A stretch of 14,745 bases of DNA, taken from an uncultured Clostridia bacterium (lineage in GTDB: Bacteria > Bacillota > Clostridia > TANB77 > CAG-508). Made by a program: the position numbers and the translations under genes. How positions within the stretch are numbered: the first letter of the stretch is position 1; every line of letters begins with the position of its first letter. The notes under the pieces are model-generated. The model saw nothing but the letters and a program-made list of their open reading frames with translations, ran no database searches and was not told where the DNA came from. Location of the stretch: NCBI GenBank assembly GCA_963558405.1, contig CAUWGC010000024.1, positions 1 to 14,745 on the forward strand, written 5' to 3'. Below, piece by piece: positions 1-8,195 of the stretch.

Positions 1-625
1 CCCAACCTCCTGCAACTATTGCAGAAATAATAGCTTTTGTTGCAGCAATTATTGCTTTTATTGTTGCTATTGTTGCTTTCACAGTTACCTTAACTGCTTT
101 TATAGTTAATTGTGCTGTTCTTTTAGCAATCATTATTGCTCTTTTACTTGCTTTAACACTTTGTTTTGCCACTTTTGCACTATTTTTAGCAACTTGTTCA
201 GATGTTTTTATTCCTTTTTTAGTAAGTTTAGCTCCATTTTTTGCATATTTAATACTTTTTTGAGTTCCATTTTTTATTGTTCGTTTTTTTACTGCATTTT
301 TAATTTGCTGTGCTTTCTTCTGTTTTATTTTAGATTTAATGTTTGATATTTTTTCTTTACTTTTTATGATATTCTGTTTTGTATTTTCTAATGATTTTTT
401 CCCTATTTCATTACTCTTTGTCGCACCTTTTCTTGATAGATAACTTATATCATTTTGAATATGATTACTTGCATAATTTTCTGCTGAAGTATTTTCTTCT
501 TTTGATGTAAATTCATTTAATCGTTCTTTTGTAGTTACTAAATTGTTTTTAAAGTTTTGTGTTTGTACTACTTTTTTATCTAATTGTTTTATTATACTTT
601 TTTCTTTTAACTTTATATCTGGCAT
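1..625 (-). CDS. 5' part (208 codons, runs off the left edge) of a probable VirB1-like conjugative cell-wall hydrolase (NlpC/P60 or CHAP type); absent from the ORF track
   Basis: ATG at 625 with SD GGAGGTGG (631-638). Open frame MPDIKLKEKSIIKQLDKK...KAVKVTVKATIATIKAIIAATKAIISAIVAGGW to the edge. The Lys/Ala-rich helix ending in AIxAGGW and the position after virB4 match N-termini of such ICE hydrolases. The catalytic domain is outside the window, so the product is inferred. Confidence 0.7.
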   Translation of the reverse strand, partial: MPDIKLKEKSIIKQLDKKVVQTQNFKNNLVTTKERLNEFTSKEENTSAENYASNHIQNDISYLSRKGATKSNEIGKKSLENTKQNIIKSKEKISNIKSKIKQKKAQQIKNAVKKRTIKNGTQKSIKYAKNGAKLTKKGIKTSEQVAKNSAKVAKQSVKASKRAIMIAKRTAQLTIKAVKVTVKATIATIKAIIAATKAIISAIVAGGW

Positions 626-644
626 TTATACCACCTCCAGACTT

Positions 645-1430
645 TTATATTTTCTTCGCTATAATTACCATTCTTCCATTTTTTTGTGAATATTCACAAG
701 TAGATAATGTAATTAGCTTATCTCCATAATTCACTTTGACATTTGTATTGTAAAACTCATAATTTCGACATTTTTCTACAAATGAATTAAAATCATTTTC
801 ATCATAAAACTTTGTATAATTATAATATTTAAAGCCTTTATCAGAATAAGCAACTGTTTTAAATGCAAATACTATTTCATAATCATTTTTAATAGTTTTA
901 TTATCTTCTAATGTATAAAACTTAATATATTTGTGGTTCTTATAATAATTATAATTCTTGTAATTATCTAAATTAGAAAACATTGTACTATTCTTCATGT
1001 GATGACCATATATAATTAAGTTATCACTTGTTTTCAAATTACAATGCTCTGCTAAATATGGAGTTCCACTACTTGAATAATTTTTATAAACATTTCTATG
1101 AAGATAGAAATCTCCATTTTGCATAACAGGATAATTTATATTTGTTCCATCAATTTTAAGCCACCCAATTATGTCTGCATTTATTTTGGAAATGCTTTCT
1201 AAATTGTAATTTCCAACATTTTTAGATGATAAATTACTTGTTTCATTTTTTAAATTGTCTGTAATTTGATTTTGGGCGGTCGTTTTTTCTTCTTCCTGCA
1301 CTACTTCCTGCAATTCTTCAAACAATTCATTTTCTTTCTTATTTTCTGCAATTTCTTTTATAAAAAAATAACTACTAATAGCTAAAATAACTATTAGTAG
1401 TATTAAAATTAAACTATATACTTTATTCAT
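645..1430 (-). CDS. srtB: Class B sortase
   Basis: N-terminal membrane anchor; GWLKIDGTNINYPVMQ; IIYGHHM (His); LITLSTC (catalytic Cys); NGRMVI (Arg). Start overlaps the virB4 stop (TAATG). Confidence 0.93.
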   Translation of the reverse strand: MNKVYSLILILLIVILAISSYFFIKEIAENKKENELFEELQEVVQEEEKTTAQNQITDNLKNETSNLSSKNVGNYNLESISKINADIIGWLKIDGTNINYPVMQNGDFYLHRNVYKNYSSSGTPYLAEHCNLKTSDNLIIYGHHMKNSTMFSNLDNYKNYNYYKNHKYIKFYTLEDNKTIKNDYEIVFAFKTVAYSDKGFKYYNYTKFYDENDFNSFVEKCRNYEFYNTNVKVNYGDKLITLSTCEYSQKNGRMVIIAKKI

Positions 1431-3760
1431 TAAGATTCTCCTGGTTTAGTTGTCATCAGCCTATATAGTTCTGTATTCTTTGGAAATTTATTAACAAAAG
1501 GAACTAATGATGAACCTACTTTTATAAGTCCTTCTCCTGCTCCTACATTTGTTATAAAGCTCATCTGTAAATCTGATATATTTAATAATTTTGCAAGTTC
1601 AATTCTATCTGTACTTGCTTGATTAAGCATTATTATAAATTCAGAGTTTGCAAGCATAGTTCTAGCAGTATGACTTTGTAATAAGTCTTCAACATTTTGT
1701 GTTATACCTGTACAGAAAGCTCCATATTTTCTAACCCTTTTCCAAAGTGTAAATAAGAAATTTGCAGAATATTCATATTGAAATAATAAATATATTTCAT
1801 CAATAAAAATATATGTATTCTTTCCTTTTGTTCTATTAGCAGTAATTCTATTCAATATAGAATCCAATACTACTAACATTCCTATTGGTTGTAATTGTTT
1901 TCCTAGCTCTAAAATATCATAGCATATCAAACTATTAGATGTATTTACATTAGTGTTCATAGCGAATGTATTTAAAGAACCATTTGTAAATAATTCTATT
2001 GCAAGTGCTATTTCTTTTGCCTCATCTTCTGGTTGTTTCAATAGTTCTTCCCTAAAATCTTGCAAAGTTGGTGGTATTCCCTGATAATTGCCTTGTTGGA
2101 ATACTCTATAAACATTAGCAGTACATCTATCAATTATTGACTTTTGTTTCGGTCCGAGATTTCCACTACCAATTAGTTGTTCACACAAAGATAATATAAA
2201 TTCAGATTTTAATATTACTGGATTTGCTCCATCTCCATATTGAGAGTTCATATCCATTGCATTTATGTGATTATTACTTACTGCTGATATTTTAATAACC
2301 TCTCCACCTAAAGATTTAACAAGTGGTGCATATTCGGATTCTGGGTCTATTAAAATAATATCTGCATTTGGATCTCTTAATCTAATTGATGTTATTTCTT
2401 GTTTACCTGCAAATGATTTACCACTACCAGATACTCCTAAAATGAATGAATTTCCATTTAAAAGTTGTCTTCTATCTGCAATAATCATATTTTTACTAAT
2501 AGCATTTTGACCATAAAAAATACCATTCTCGTGCCTAATTTCTTGCACTTTGAATGGCATAAATACTGCTAAACTTTCAGTAGTTAAAGTTCTTACTGCA
2601 TCTATTTTTCTAACTCCAAACGGTAATACTGTGTTAAGTCCATCTAATTGTTGAAATCTTAATATTCCAAGCTGACATAGATTTTTACTAGCTATTTTTA
2701 AAATTGCATCTGTCACACTTTCTAATTTTTCTTTTGATTCTTCTGTTATTACCATTGTAATAACTCCTAAAAACATTCTTTGGTCACGAATAGTCAAGTC
2801 ATCTAACATTTCTTTTGAGTCATTTCTCTGTTGTTCCATATCATAAGGTATTATTGCAGAATAATTGTTTTGAGCATTCTGTTTTCTCTGCCAGTTTGTA
2901 ATGTTCGTTTCTACACCTAATCTACGATTTTCTGCCTCTTTTACTGCCTCGTCCATCGGAATTGGAATAACATCTATTGATAACATCATATTTTTATTTA
3001 AGTCTGTAAGTTCTGTTACCATATCATCGTTGATATAACTAGAATATTCCTTTAAGAATAATACTCTCCCATATCTATCTCCCATTTTAAAGTAATCTCT
3101 TTCAAGTTCTACTGTATCAGGGCAAATAAAATCTTTAAAATTATGACCTTTCTTCATTGTTTCGTGTATATCAAATCTAAATGAGGTTTCTTCTCCTGTT
3201 CTATAAAAATCATGTGCTATTCTTAATCTTTCTTTTGCGTCTAATTCAACACATTTTGAGCCTAATGTATTGAATCTACTTATCAATTCACTACCTGCTC
3301 TATTAAAATAATTTCGAGCTTCTTCGACATTTTTCTTATAAACAGATATTGTTATTATCTTTTCTTGCACTATCTCATTTGCATTTTTTGCTTGAGATAT
3401 AAGCATTTTGTTATATTCTTTTCTATAATCATTAAGTTCATCATTACTTTCATCTAGTAATATTGTTTTTTCAAAATCTAATTTATTTATTCTTCTATTA
3501 TTTATTGTAATTTTAGTTATTGCTCCAACATCTAATGAATTTAATAAATCAGAATAATCTAAAAACATTGCTTCTTTATCTTCTTTACTAGCAACTGCAT
3601 AATTAATATCCATAAACTTAAATGATTTTGAAAATTTATTTTTACTTACTTGAAAAATTCCATCTTCCCATATTGCTTTTATCGGAATAATATCCTGAAC
3701 ACATCTCGGTATTTTGAATTTTTCTTTATCTAATTTAAAAATCTTATTAAGAGTTCTCAT
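1430..3760 (-). CDS. virB4: VirB4-like conjugative transfer ATPase (TraE/TrsE family)
   Basis: 776 aa; Walker A GVSGSGKS, IDPESEY, Walker B IFIDE, WKRVRKYG-x-TGITQN; SD AAGGAGGT upstream; follows prgI. Confidence 0.95.
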   Translation of the reverse strand: MRTLNKIFKLDKEKFKIPRCVQDIIPIKAIWEDGIFQVSKNKFSKSFKFMDINYAVASKEDKEAMFLDYSDLLNSLDVGAITKITINNRRINKLDFEKTILLDESNDELNDYRKEYNKMLISQAKNANEIVQEKIITISVYKKNVEEARNYFNRAGSELISRFNTLGSKCVELDAKERLRIAHDFYRTGEETSFRFDIHETMKKGHNFKDFICPDTVELERDYFKMGDRYGRVLFLKEYSSYINDDMVTELTDLNKNMMLSIDVIPIPMDEAVKEAENRRLGVETNITNWQRKQNAQNNYSAIIPYDMEQQRNDSKEMLDDLTIRDQRMFLGVITMVITEESKEKLESVTDAILKIASKNLCQLGILRFQQLDGLNTVLPFGVRKIDAVRTLTTESLAVFMPFKVQEIRHENGIFYGQNAISKNMIIADRRQLLNGNSFILGVSGSGKSFAGKQEITSIRLRDPNADIILIDPESEYAPLVKSLGGEVIKISAVSNNHINAMDMNSQYGDGANPVILKSEFILSLCEQLIGSGNLGPKQKSIIDRCTANVYRVFQQGNYQGIPPTLQDFREELLKQPEDEAKEIALAIELFTNGSLNTFAMNTNVNTSNSLICYDILELGKQLQPIGMLVVLDSILNRITANRTKGKNTYIFIDEIYLLFQYEYSANFLFTLWKRVRKYGAFCTGITQNVEDLLQSHTARTMLANSEFIIMLNQASTDRIELAKLLNISDLQMSFITNVGAGEGLIKVGSSLVPFVNKFPKNTELYRLMTTKPGES

Positions 3761-4175
3761 TATTTTTTACCTCCTTTTTCTTCTTTTTATCTTTCTTTTC
3801 TTTCTTCTTTTTCTGTGGTTTTAGCAAACTTTGTTTTAACTTTTTATCAATAGTTGGTTTAAAGTTTTGGGCATATATATTTGTTGCTTTAAATGTTAAT
3901 TTTTTAGGTGTCAAAAACTCTGATTTTATTACTGCAACAATAAACTTTTCTGCCGTCATTCCGTTATATTTAACAAATCCAAGTACAGCAAAAGGTGCAG
4001 CACCTAGTATGCAAACCCACGATAAAGTTTCTAGCCCTAAATATGGTTTGAGTACAAAATATAAAACAACTGCAACAATACAAGCTATTACAGAAAAAAT
4101 GAACTGCCTTAAAGACAATCCAAAAAATATACTCTCACTAAATTCTCTAATATCTTTGTTTATTTTAACTTCCAT
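3747..4175 (-). CDS. prgI: PrgI family (VirB3-like) membrane protein
   Basis: MEVKINKDIREFSESIFFGLSLRQ start, two hydrophobic helices, GFVKYNGMTAEKF motif; directly upstream of virB4; very Lys-rich tail. Confidence 0.92.
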   Translation of the reverse strand: MEVKINKDIREFSESIFFGLSLRQFIFSVIACIVAVVLYFVLKPYLGLETLSWVCILGAAPFAVLGFVKYNGMTAEKFIVAVIKSEFLTPKKLTFKATNIYAQNFKPTIDKKLKQSLLKPQKKKKEKKDKKKKKEVKNNENS

Positions 4176-4835
4176 CTATCTTGCCTCCTTATTTCTTTTT
4201 GCTTTTGTTTTTTTCTCTTGTTCCAACTTATCTCTTGCTTCTTCGAGTATGTATTCATCTATCATTTTGTAATCTTTGACTTCAATCTCTCCTTGTTGTA
4301 ATTTTACAAATCTATCAATAATTTTTTCTCTTAAATCAGGATTACACTTATCTAAAAATATTCCCATTGTAGTTGCAAGTGGTGTCATTGATGGATTTTG
4401 GTAATCATATATTTTCAAATCTGTCATTCCACTTTTGGTATTTATATCAACTATAACATCTGGTAGATCTTCAAACTTAATTACTACCTCATCACATCCA
4501 TCATCAACATATAATAATTTTTCCTTATCTTTTAAAATTTTCATAACTTCTTCAACACTATAAAATTGATAATCTTCCATAATTTTATCTTCCTCCTTCT
4601 CACTAAAAGTATCAGCTAAATTTTCTCCTGCTAAAACTCTTTTAAAATCTGTTTTTGCTTTTTCAAAATCTGTCAAATAATAATAACCATATTGCCAATC
4701 AATCTTGTTGTCTTTAATTTCATATCCAAAACCAATAACATATTCATTATTCATTTTTACAAAAGCAATAGGTTGTTCTTTTCTATAACCAACATCAATT
4801 ACATAAGCATTTTCTAATTGTCTTGTTTCACTCAT
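4176..4835 (-). CDS. Hypothetical acidic soluble protein, possibly a two-domain fusion, with basic C-terminal tail RNKEAR
   Basis: 219-aa ORF, SD GGAG upstream, stop abuts the prgI ATG, no transmembrane segment, internal SD+ATG at 4580. Confidence 0.8.
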   Translation of the reverse strand: MSETRQLENAYVIDVGYRKEQPIAFVKMNNEYVIGFGYEIKDNKIDWQYGYYYLTDFEKAKTDFKRVLAGENLADTFSEKEEDKIMEDYQFYSVEEVMKILKDKEKLLYVDDGCDEVVIKFEDLPDVIVDINTKSGMTDLKIYDYQNPSMTPLATTMGIFLDKCNPDLREKIIDRFVKLQQGEIEVKDYKMIDEYILEEARDKLEQEKKTKAKRNKEAR

Positions 4836-4847
4836 AAAGCATTCCTC

Positions 4848-5675
4848 CTATAATCCCATCATTTCTCTAACAATTCTATCTGACATTCTAATAGTTCCTA
4901 CCAGAACTAACATATTAAATATTAGCTCTCCAACATATTTCCATACCATAGTAACTGTTGCAGCACCAGTATCAACACTCGGCGAGGTTGTTACAAATGC
5001 TGAAAAGATTACACAAGCTAAAACTATAATTGCACCTTCTAAACAAACTGCTATATAACTCTTTAAAAAGCTCTTTCCTATATTTTGTGTTCCTTCTCCT
5101 GCAAAAGATGATAATGGTATTGGAGCTATTGCTGTGTACATATATAATTTAAAAAATCTTCCATATACTGTTAGAATTAAAATAAATGATAATACTGTTA
5201 CAAAAAGTCCACCTAATAGTGTAACTGCCCATAAAGGAATACTCTCAAAAAATCCACATTTATTGATTGCATCAATAATTGATTGTGGCAGAGTCATAGC
5301 ACTTGCTTGAAATGAACTTTTCGCCATAATTGTTGTTACTATTCCCTGTATTATCTTAAATACTGCTAACATTAGTTCTAATCCATAAGTAACAATTCCT
5401 TTTGCTATTGCAAATCTTAAAAATAGTTTTAATGCTTGTTCTGGTCTTTTTAATTCTGAAAAATTAGTACAAGTTCTTGCTACTCCAACAACAAAAAATA
5501 AAACAAGTAATGCTAAACCTATTGCTTGTAAAGCTCCATTTATATTTAAAATAATATTCCATATTGCTCCACCTTTGAAATCTGCTGGACTTTGTGTGAC
5601 TAACATATAAATTTCTGATAATTTACCATTCCATGTATCTAATGCATTCTGTAAATTTCCTACAATCCAATTCAC
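4848..5675 (-). CDS. virB6: VirB6-like polytopic T4SS membrane protein
   Basis: Multiple hydrophobic segments; YGRFFKLYMYTAIAPIPLSSFAGE motif; lies between the virB2-like gene and prgI. Start moved from ATG 5690 to GTG 5675 because GGAGGTG lies 6 nt upstream of the GTG. Confidence 0.85.
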   Translation of the reverse strand: MNWIVGNLQNALDTWNGKLSEIYMLVTQSPADFKGGAIWNIILNINGALQAIGLALLVLFFVVGVARTCTNFSELKRPEQALKLFLRFAIAKGIVTYGLELMLAVFKIIQGIVTTIMAKSSFQASAMTLPQSIIDAINKCGFFESIPLWAVTLLGGLFVTVLSFILILTVYGRFFKLYMYTAIAPIPLSSFAGEGTQNIGKSFLKSYIAVCLEGAIIVLACVIFSAFVTTSPSVDTGAATVTMVWKYVGELIFNMLVLVGTIRMSDRIVREMMGL

Positions 5676-5704
5676 ATCTAGCACCTCCATTCTAAAATTA
5701 ATTT

Positions 5705-5730
5705 ATTAAGGCAGATGAAACTGCCTTAAT
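5705..5730. other. Perfect 10-bp stem-loop just downstream of the virB2-like gene
   Basis: ATTAAGGCAG (5705-5714), loop ATGAAA, CTGCCTTAAT (5721-5730); no U-tract follows on the minus strand. Confidence 0.7.
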
Positions 5731-5732
5731 CT

Positions 5733-6071
5733 TTATCCACCTGTAATAATATTTAAAATCTCTTTTGCAAATGTAATTACAACTCCACCTGCTAAAGTCA
5801 TTATTCCGTTTGCTCTTTGTGTTGGATCATGAGATTTTAAACTCATACCTACTTGAACAATTCCAAATCCTAATATAATCATTCCAACTGCTCTTATTAA
5901 TCCAAATATAAAATTAGATAAATTATCAACAATAGCTATTGGGTCATCTGCTGCAAATGAGTGAATTTGCCCAGCTACATTTAAAGCAATAACATAACCT
6001 ATAATTATTGCTCCTCTTTTTAATGTTTTCTTTAAAAATACTTTAAAATTTCCTTTTTTCTTATTTTCCAT
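5733..6071 (-). CDS. TrbC/VirB2-like small membrane subunit of the T4SS
   Basis: 112 aa; basic plus hydrophobic signal-like N-terminus ending SFA-ADDP, two Gly-rich hydrophobic helices around LKSHDPTQRANG; SD AAGGAGG; between virD4 and virB6. Confidence 0.8.
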   Translation of the reverse strand: MENKKKGNFKVFLKKTLKRGAIIIGYVIALNVAGQIHSFAADDPIAIVDNLSNFIFGLIRAVGMIILGFGIVQVGMSLKSHDPTQRANGIMTLAGGVVITFAKEILNIITGG

Positions 6072-6106
6072 ATCAAAAATCCTCCTTAATTTTTATTTTT
6101 GGGTAC

Positions 6107-6151
6107 AAAAAAAGACCAAAGTATATTTGTTAGATATAACTTTGGTCTTTT
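6107..6151 (-). terminator. Intrinsic terminator-like hairpin between virD4 and the virB2-like gene
   Basis: 13-bp inverted repeat AAAAGACCAAAGT (6110-6122) / ACTTTGGTCTTTT (6139-6151), ending in U7 on the minus strand. Confidence 0.7.
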
Positions 6152-7409
6152 AGATACTATTAGCATTTTTTGTATCTTCTTTGTACATATTTTCGATTTC
6201 TTCACTTGATAATAATTCAACATCAAGTTCATTTGTTTCTAAATCTATAATTTCTTTTGTATCAATTTCCATATCATCTAAATTAAATGATATTGTACCT
6301 ATTGAATTTTCTGTTCCTCCATGTATATATGGTTTTATTTCTTTATTTCCAATAGGTGTATTTATGCTATTAAAATGTTCTTTTAAATTAAATTTGAAAT
6401 CTTTTACTGGTCTTTCTCCTCTAATAAAAAGTAAAGCATAATTATTATCTAGCATTCTTACCTCATCTGGTGTCAATAGTTCTCTACCTGCGATTTGGTC
6501 ATTTGTAGAATAACTGCCATGTGAACCATAACTCCTACCATAAGTATTTGTATCTATTGTTTCTTTTCCTAATAATTCACTAACATACTTATGGGTGCTT
6601 TGTTCATTACCACCTAAATATAAAAACTCATCACAATTTCCAACTATTGATTCCCATTGTTTTTCAAATAAGGCTTTTAATTGTGCTAAATTTTGCAATA
6701 TTATAGAAACAGATACCTCTCTTGACCTCATTACTGATAATATTTTATCAAAATCATCTGGTAAACTTACATTAGCGAACTCATCCATAACAAAATGTAC
6801 ATGTATTGGTAAACTGCCACCATATTTATAATCTGCTAAATAAAATAATTGTTGAAAAAGTTGTGTATATAAAACACTAACTAAAAAATTAAATGATGTA
6901 TCATTATCTGGAATAATTGCAAATAATGCAACTTTCTTTTCTCCTAAACTTGGCAAGTCTAATTCATCTGTTTGTGTAAGTTGTGCCATACTCTCTAAAT
7001 TAAATTTTTCAAGTCTTGCAGCAAGAGTTACTTGTATTGATTTTAATGTTTTAGCTGAACCTGAATGATATGCTCTATAATATTTTAAAGCAATATGTTC
7101 TGGGTTTCTTGTTTCTAATCTATTAAATAACATATCAAGAGGACTAACATATTCGTCATCATCTTCTTTAACATCTCCTGCTCGTAGTAATTCCATTACC
7201 ATTACAAAGTTTTGTTCTTCTTCAGGAGCTTCATATTTCAAATAAAATATTAAAGCTAAAAGCAACATACTTGCAGCAGTATCCCAAAATGGGTCGTTTG
7301 TGCTACTTCCTTTTGGTGTTGTTGATTTAAAAAGGTTTGTTACTAATTTTTGAACATCATTATCTGTTTTTATATATACAAACGGATTATAGCAATGCGA
7401 TTTCTCCAT
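6150..7409 (-). CDS. virD4: VirD4/TraG type IV coupling protein, C-terminal segment (continues 7435-7980 across a +1 frame break)
   Basis: SHCYNPF, DPFWD, Walker B HFVMDEFAN, ILQNLAQLKALF, GRELLTPDEVR. No SD before ATG 7409, and the frame stays open upstream to 7451 (GYEIKVLDLIN). Confidence 0.9.
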   Translation of the reverse strand: MEKSHCYNPFVYIKTDNDVQKLVTNLFKSTTPKGSSTNDPFWDTAASMLLLALIFYLKYEAPEEEQNFVMVMELLRAGDVKEDDDEYVSPLDMLFNRLETRNPEHIALKYYRAYHSGSAKTLKSIQVTLAARLEKFNLESMAQLTQTDELDLPSLGEKKVALFAIIPDNDTSFNFLVSVLYTQLFQQLFYLADYKYGGSLPIHVHFVMDEFANVSLPDDFDKILSVMRSREVSVSIILQNLAQLKALFEKQWESIVGNCDEFLYLGGNEQSTHKYVSELLGKETIDTNTYGRSYGSHGSYSTNDQIAGRELLTPDEVRMLDNNYALLFIRGERPVKDFKFNLKEHFNSINTPIGNKEIKPYIHGGTENSIGTISFNLDDMEIDTKEIIDLETNELDVELLSSEEIENMYKEDTKNANSI

Positions 7410-7434
7410 ATTTATTAAGTCTAATACTTTAATT

Positions 7435-7980
7435 TCATATCCGTTCTTTTTCTAATAAATAACCTGTATCTCTTACAATTTCTCCTTTTGGATCAAGTAT
7501 AACATACGATGTTGCACATTGCATTACATTTGGCTTACAATAACTAAATGTCTTTCCTGCACCAGAACCACCAATAACTAATACATTAACATTTCTTCTA
7601 TGCTTTCTTCCATTTAATCCAACAGAAACATTTTTAGTAAGCAATTTATTATAATTATTAGGTTGTTTGTATTTTTTATTTAATTCCTTTGCCTCGCCCC
7701 ATTTGGCTGAACCATTTTCTTCTCTCCTCCTATAATTTTTTCTAGTTGATTCATATAATAAGATTGAAAATATATAAATAATCAAAAAAATAAGAATAGT
7801 TCTAATGCTATTCTCTACAATAACTATTTTAAATGGCTGATTTAATGCAGCACTACCATTTTTTATTATTTCTATAAGTCCACCTTTAGTATAAGGAGCT
7901 AAAAGGAGAGCAATCCAAATAATTGGAATAATTCCTATTACATACAACACTCTCATTATTCTTTTTTCATCTTGCTTCAT
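7435..7980 (-). CDS. virD4: VirD4/TraG type IV coupling protein, N-terminal segment (membrane anchor and Walker A)
   Basis: Two transmembrane helices, ENGSAKWG, Walker A GGSGAGKT, LDPKGE; stops prematurely at EKERI*. Removing one base joins 7980-6150 into a 609-aa protein. Confidence 0.9.
   Translation of the reverse strand: MKQDEKRIMRVLYVIGIIPIIWIALLLAPYTKGGLIEIIKNGSAALNQPFKIVIVENSIRTILIFLIIYIFSILLYESTRKNYRRREENGSAKWGEAKELNKKYKQPNNYNKLLTKNVSVGLNGRKHRRNVNVLVIGGSGAGKTFSYCKPNVMQCATSYVILDPKGEIVRDTGYLLEKERI
7438..7451 (-). other. +1 frameshift site within virD4
   Basis: Minus strand TTA GAA AAA GAA CGG ATA TGA. The +1 frame reads AAG AAC GGA TAT GAA ATT. The crossover is bounded by TAG (7452-7454, +1 frame) and TGA (7435-7437, frame 0). 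Confidence 0.85.
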
Positions 7981-8182
7981 TGCTTGTAAATTTTCCCTTT
8001 GCAGTTCTATTTAAAGATAACATCTTTTTATTTACAGGGGCTTTTAACAATTTTGACATTAACTTATCTATGATTTCTATATCAACATTTTCTTGTATTT
8101 TTATATTTCTAAATTCATTTAATGCATTTAATATTAGTCGATAATCATATTTATCTAAATTAATTGTTCTCATTTCTTCCAT
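7967..8182 (-). CDS. Small hypothetical ICE protein (71 aa), C-terminus NEAR
   Basis: Strong SD AAGGAGGAG; helical pattern LILNALNEFRN...IIDKLMSKLLKAP; overlaps the virD4 start by 14 nt. Confidence 0.8.
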   Translation of the reverse strand: MEEMRTINLDKYDYRLILNALNEFRNIKIQENVDIEIIDKLMSKLLKAPVNKKMLSLNRTAKGKFTSNEAR

Positions 8183-8195
8183 TGAACACTCCTCC

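Noticed and set aside
1-300. Quasi-repetitive GCA/ATT/AAA pattern as a tandem DNA repeat
   Set aside because: Explained by the low-complexity Ala/Lys/Ile helix of the encoded protein; no fixed repeat unit.
6150-7980. Two independent genes or a naturally split coupling protein
   Set aside because: The break separates Walker A from Walker B inside one domain, ATG 7409 has no SD, and the skipped segment GYEIKVLDLIN is intact in the +1 frame, so this is one frameshifted gene.
1430-7980. AGG as a general frameshift or reassigned codon
   Set aside because: In-frame AGG codons occur in intact frames at plausible Arg positions (virB4 WKRVRK and LYRLM; virD4 NYRRRE and MRSRE).
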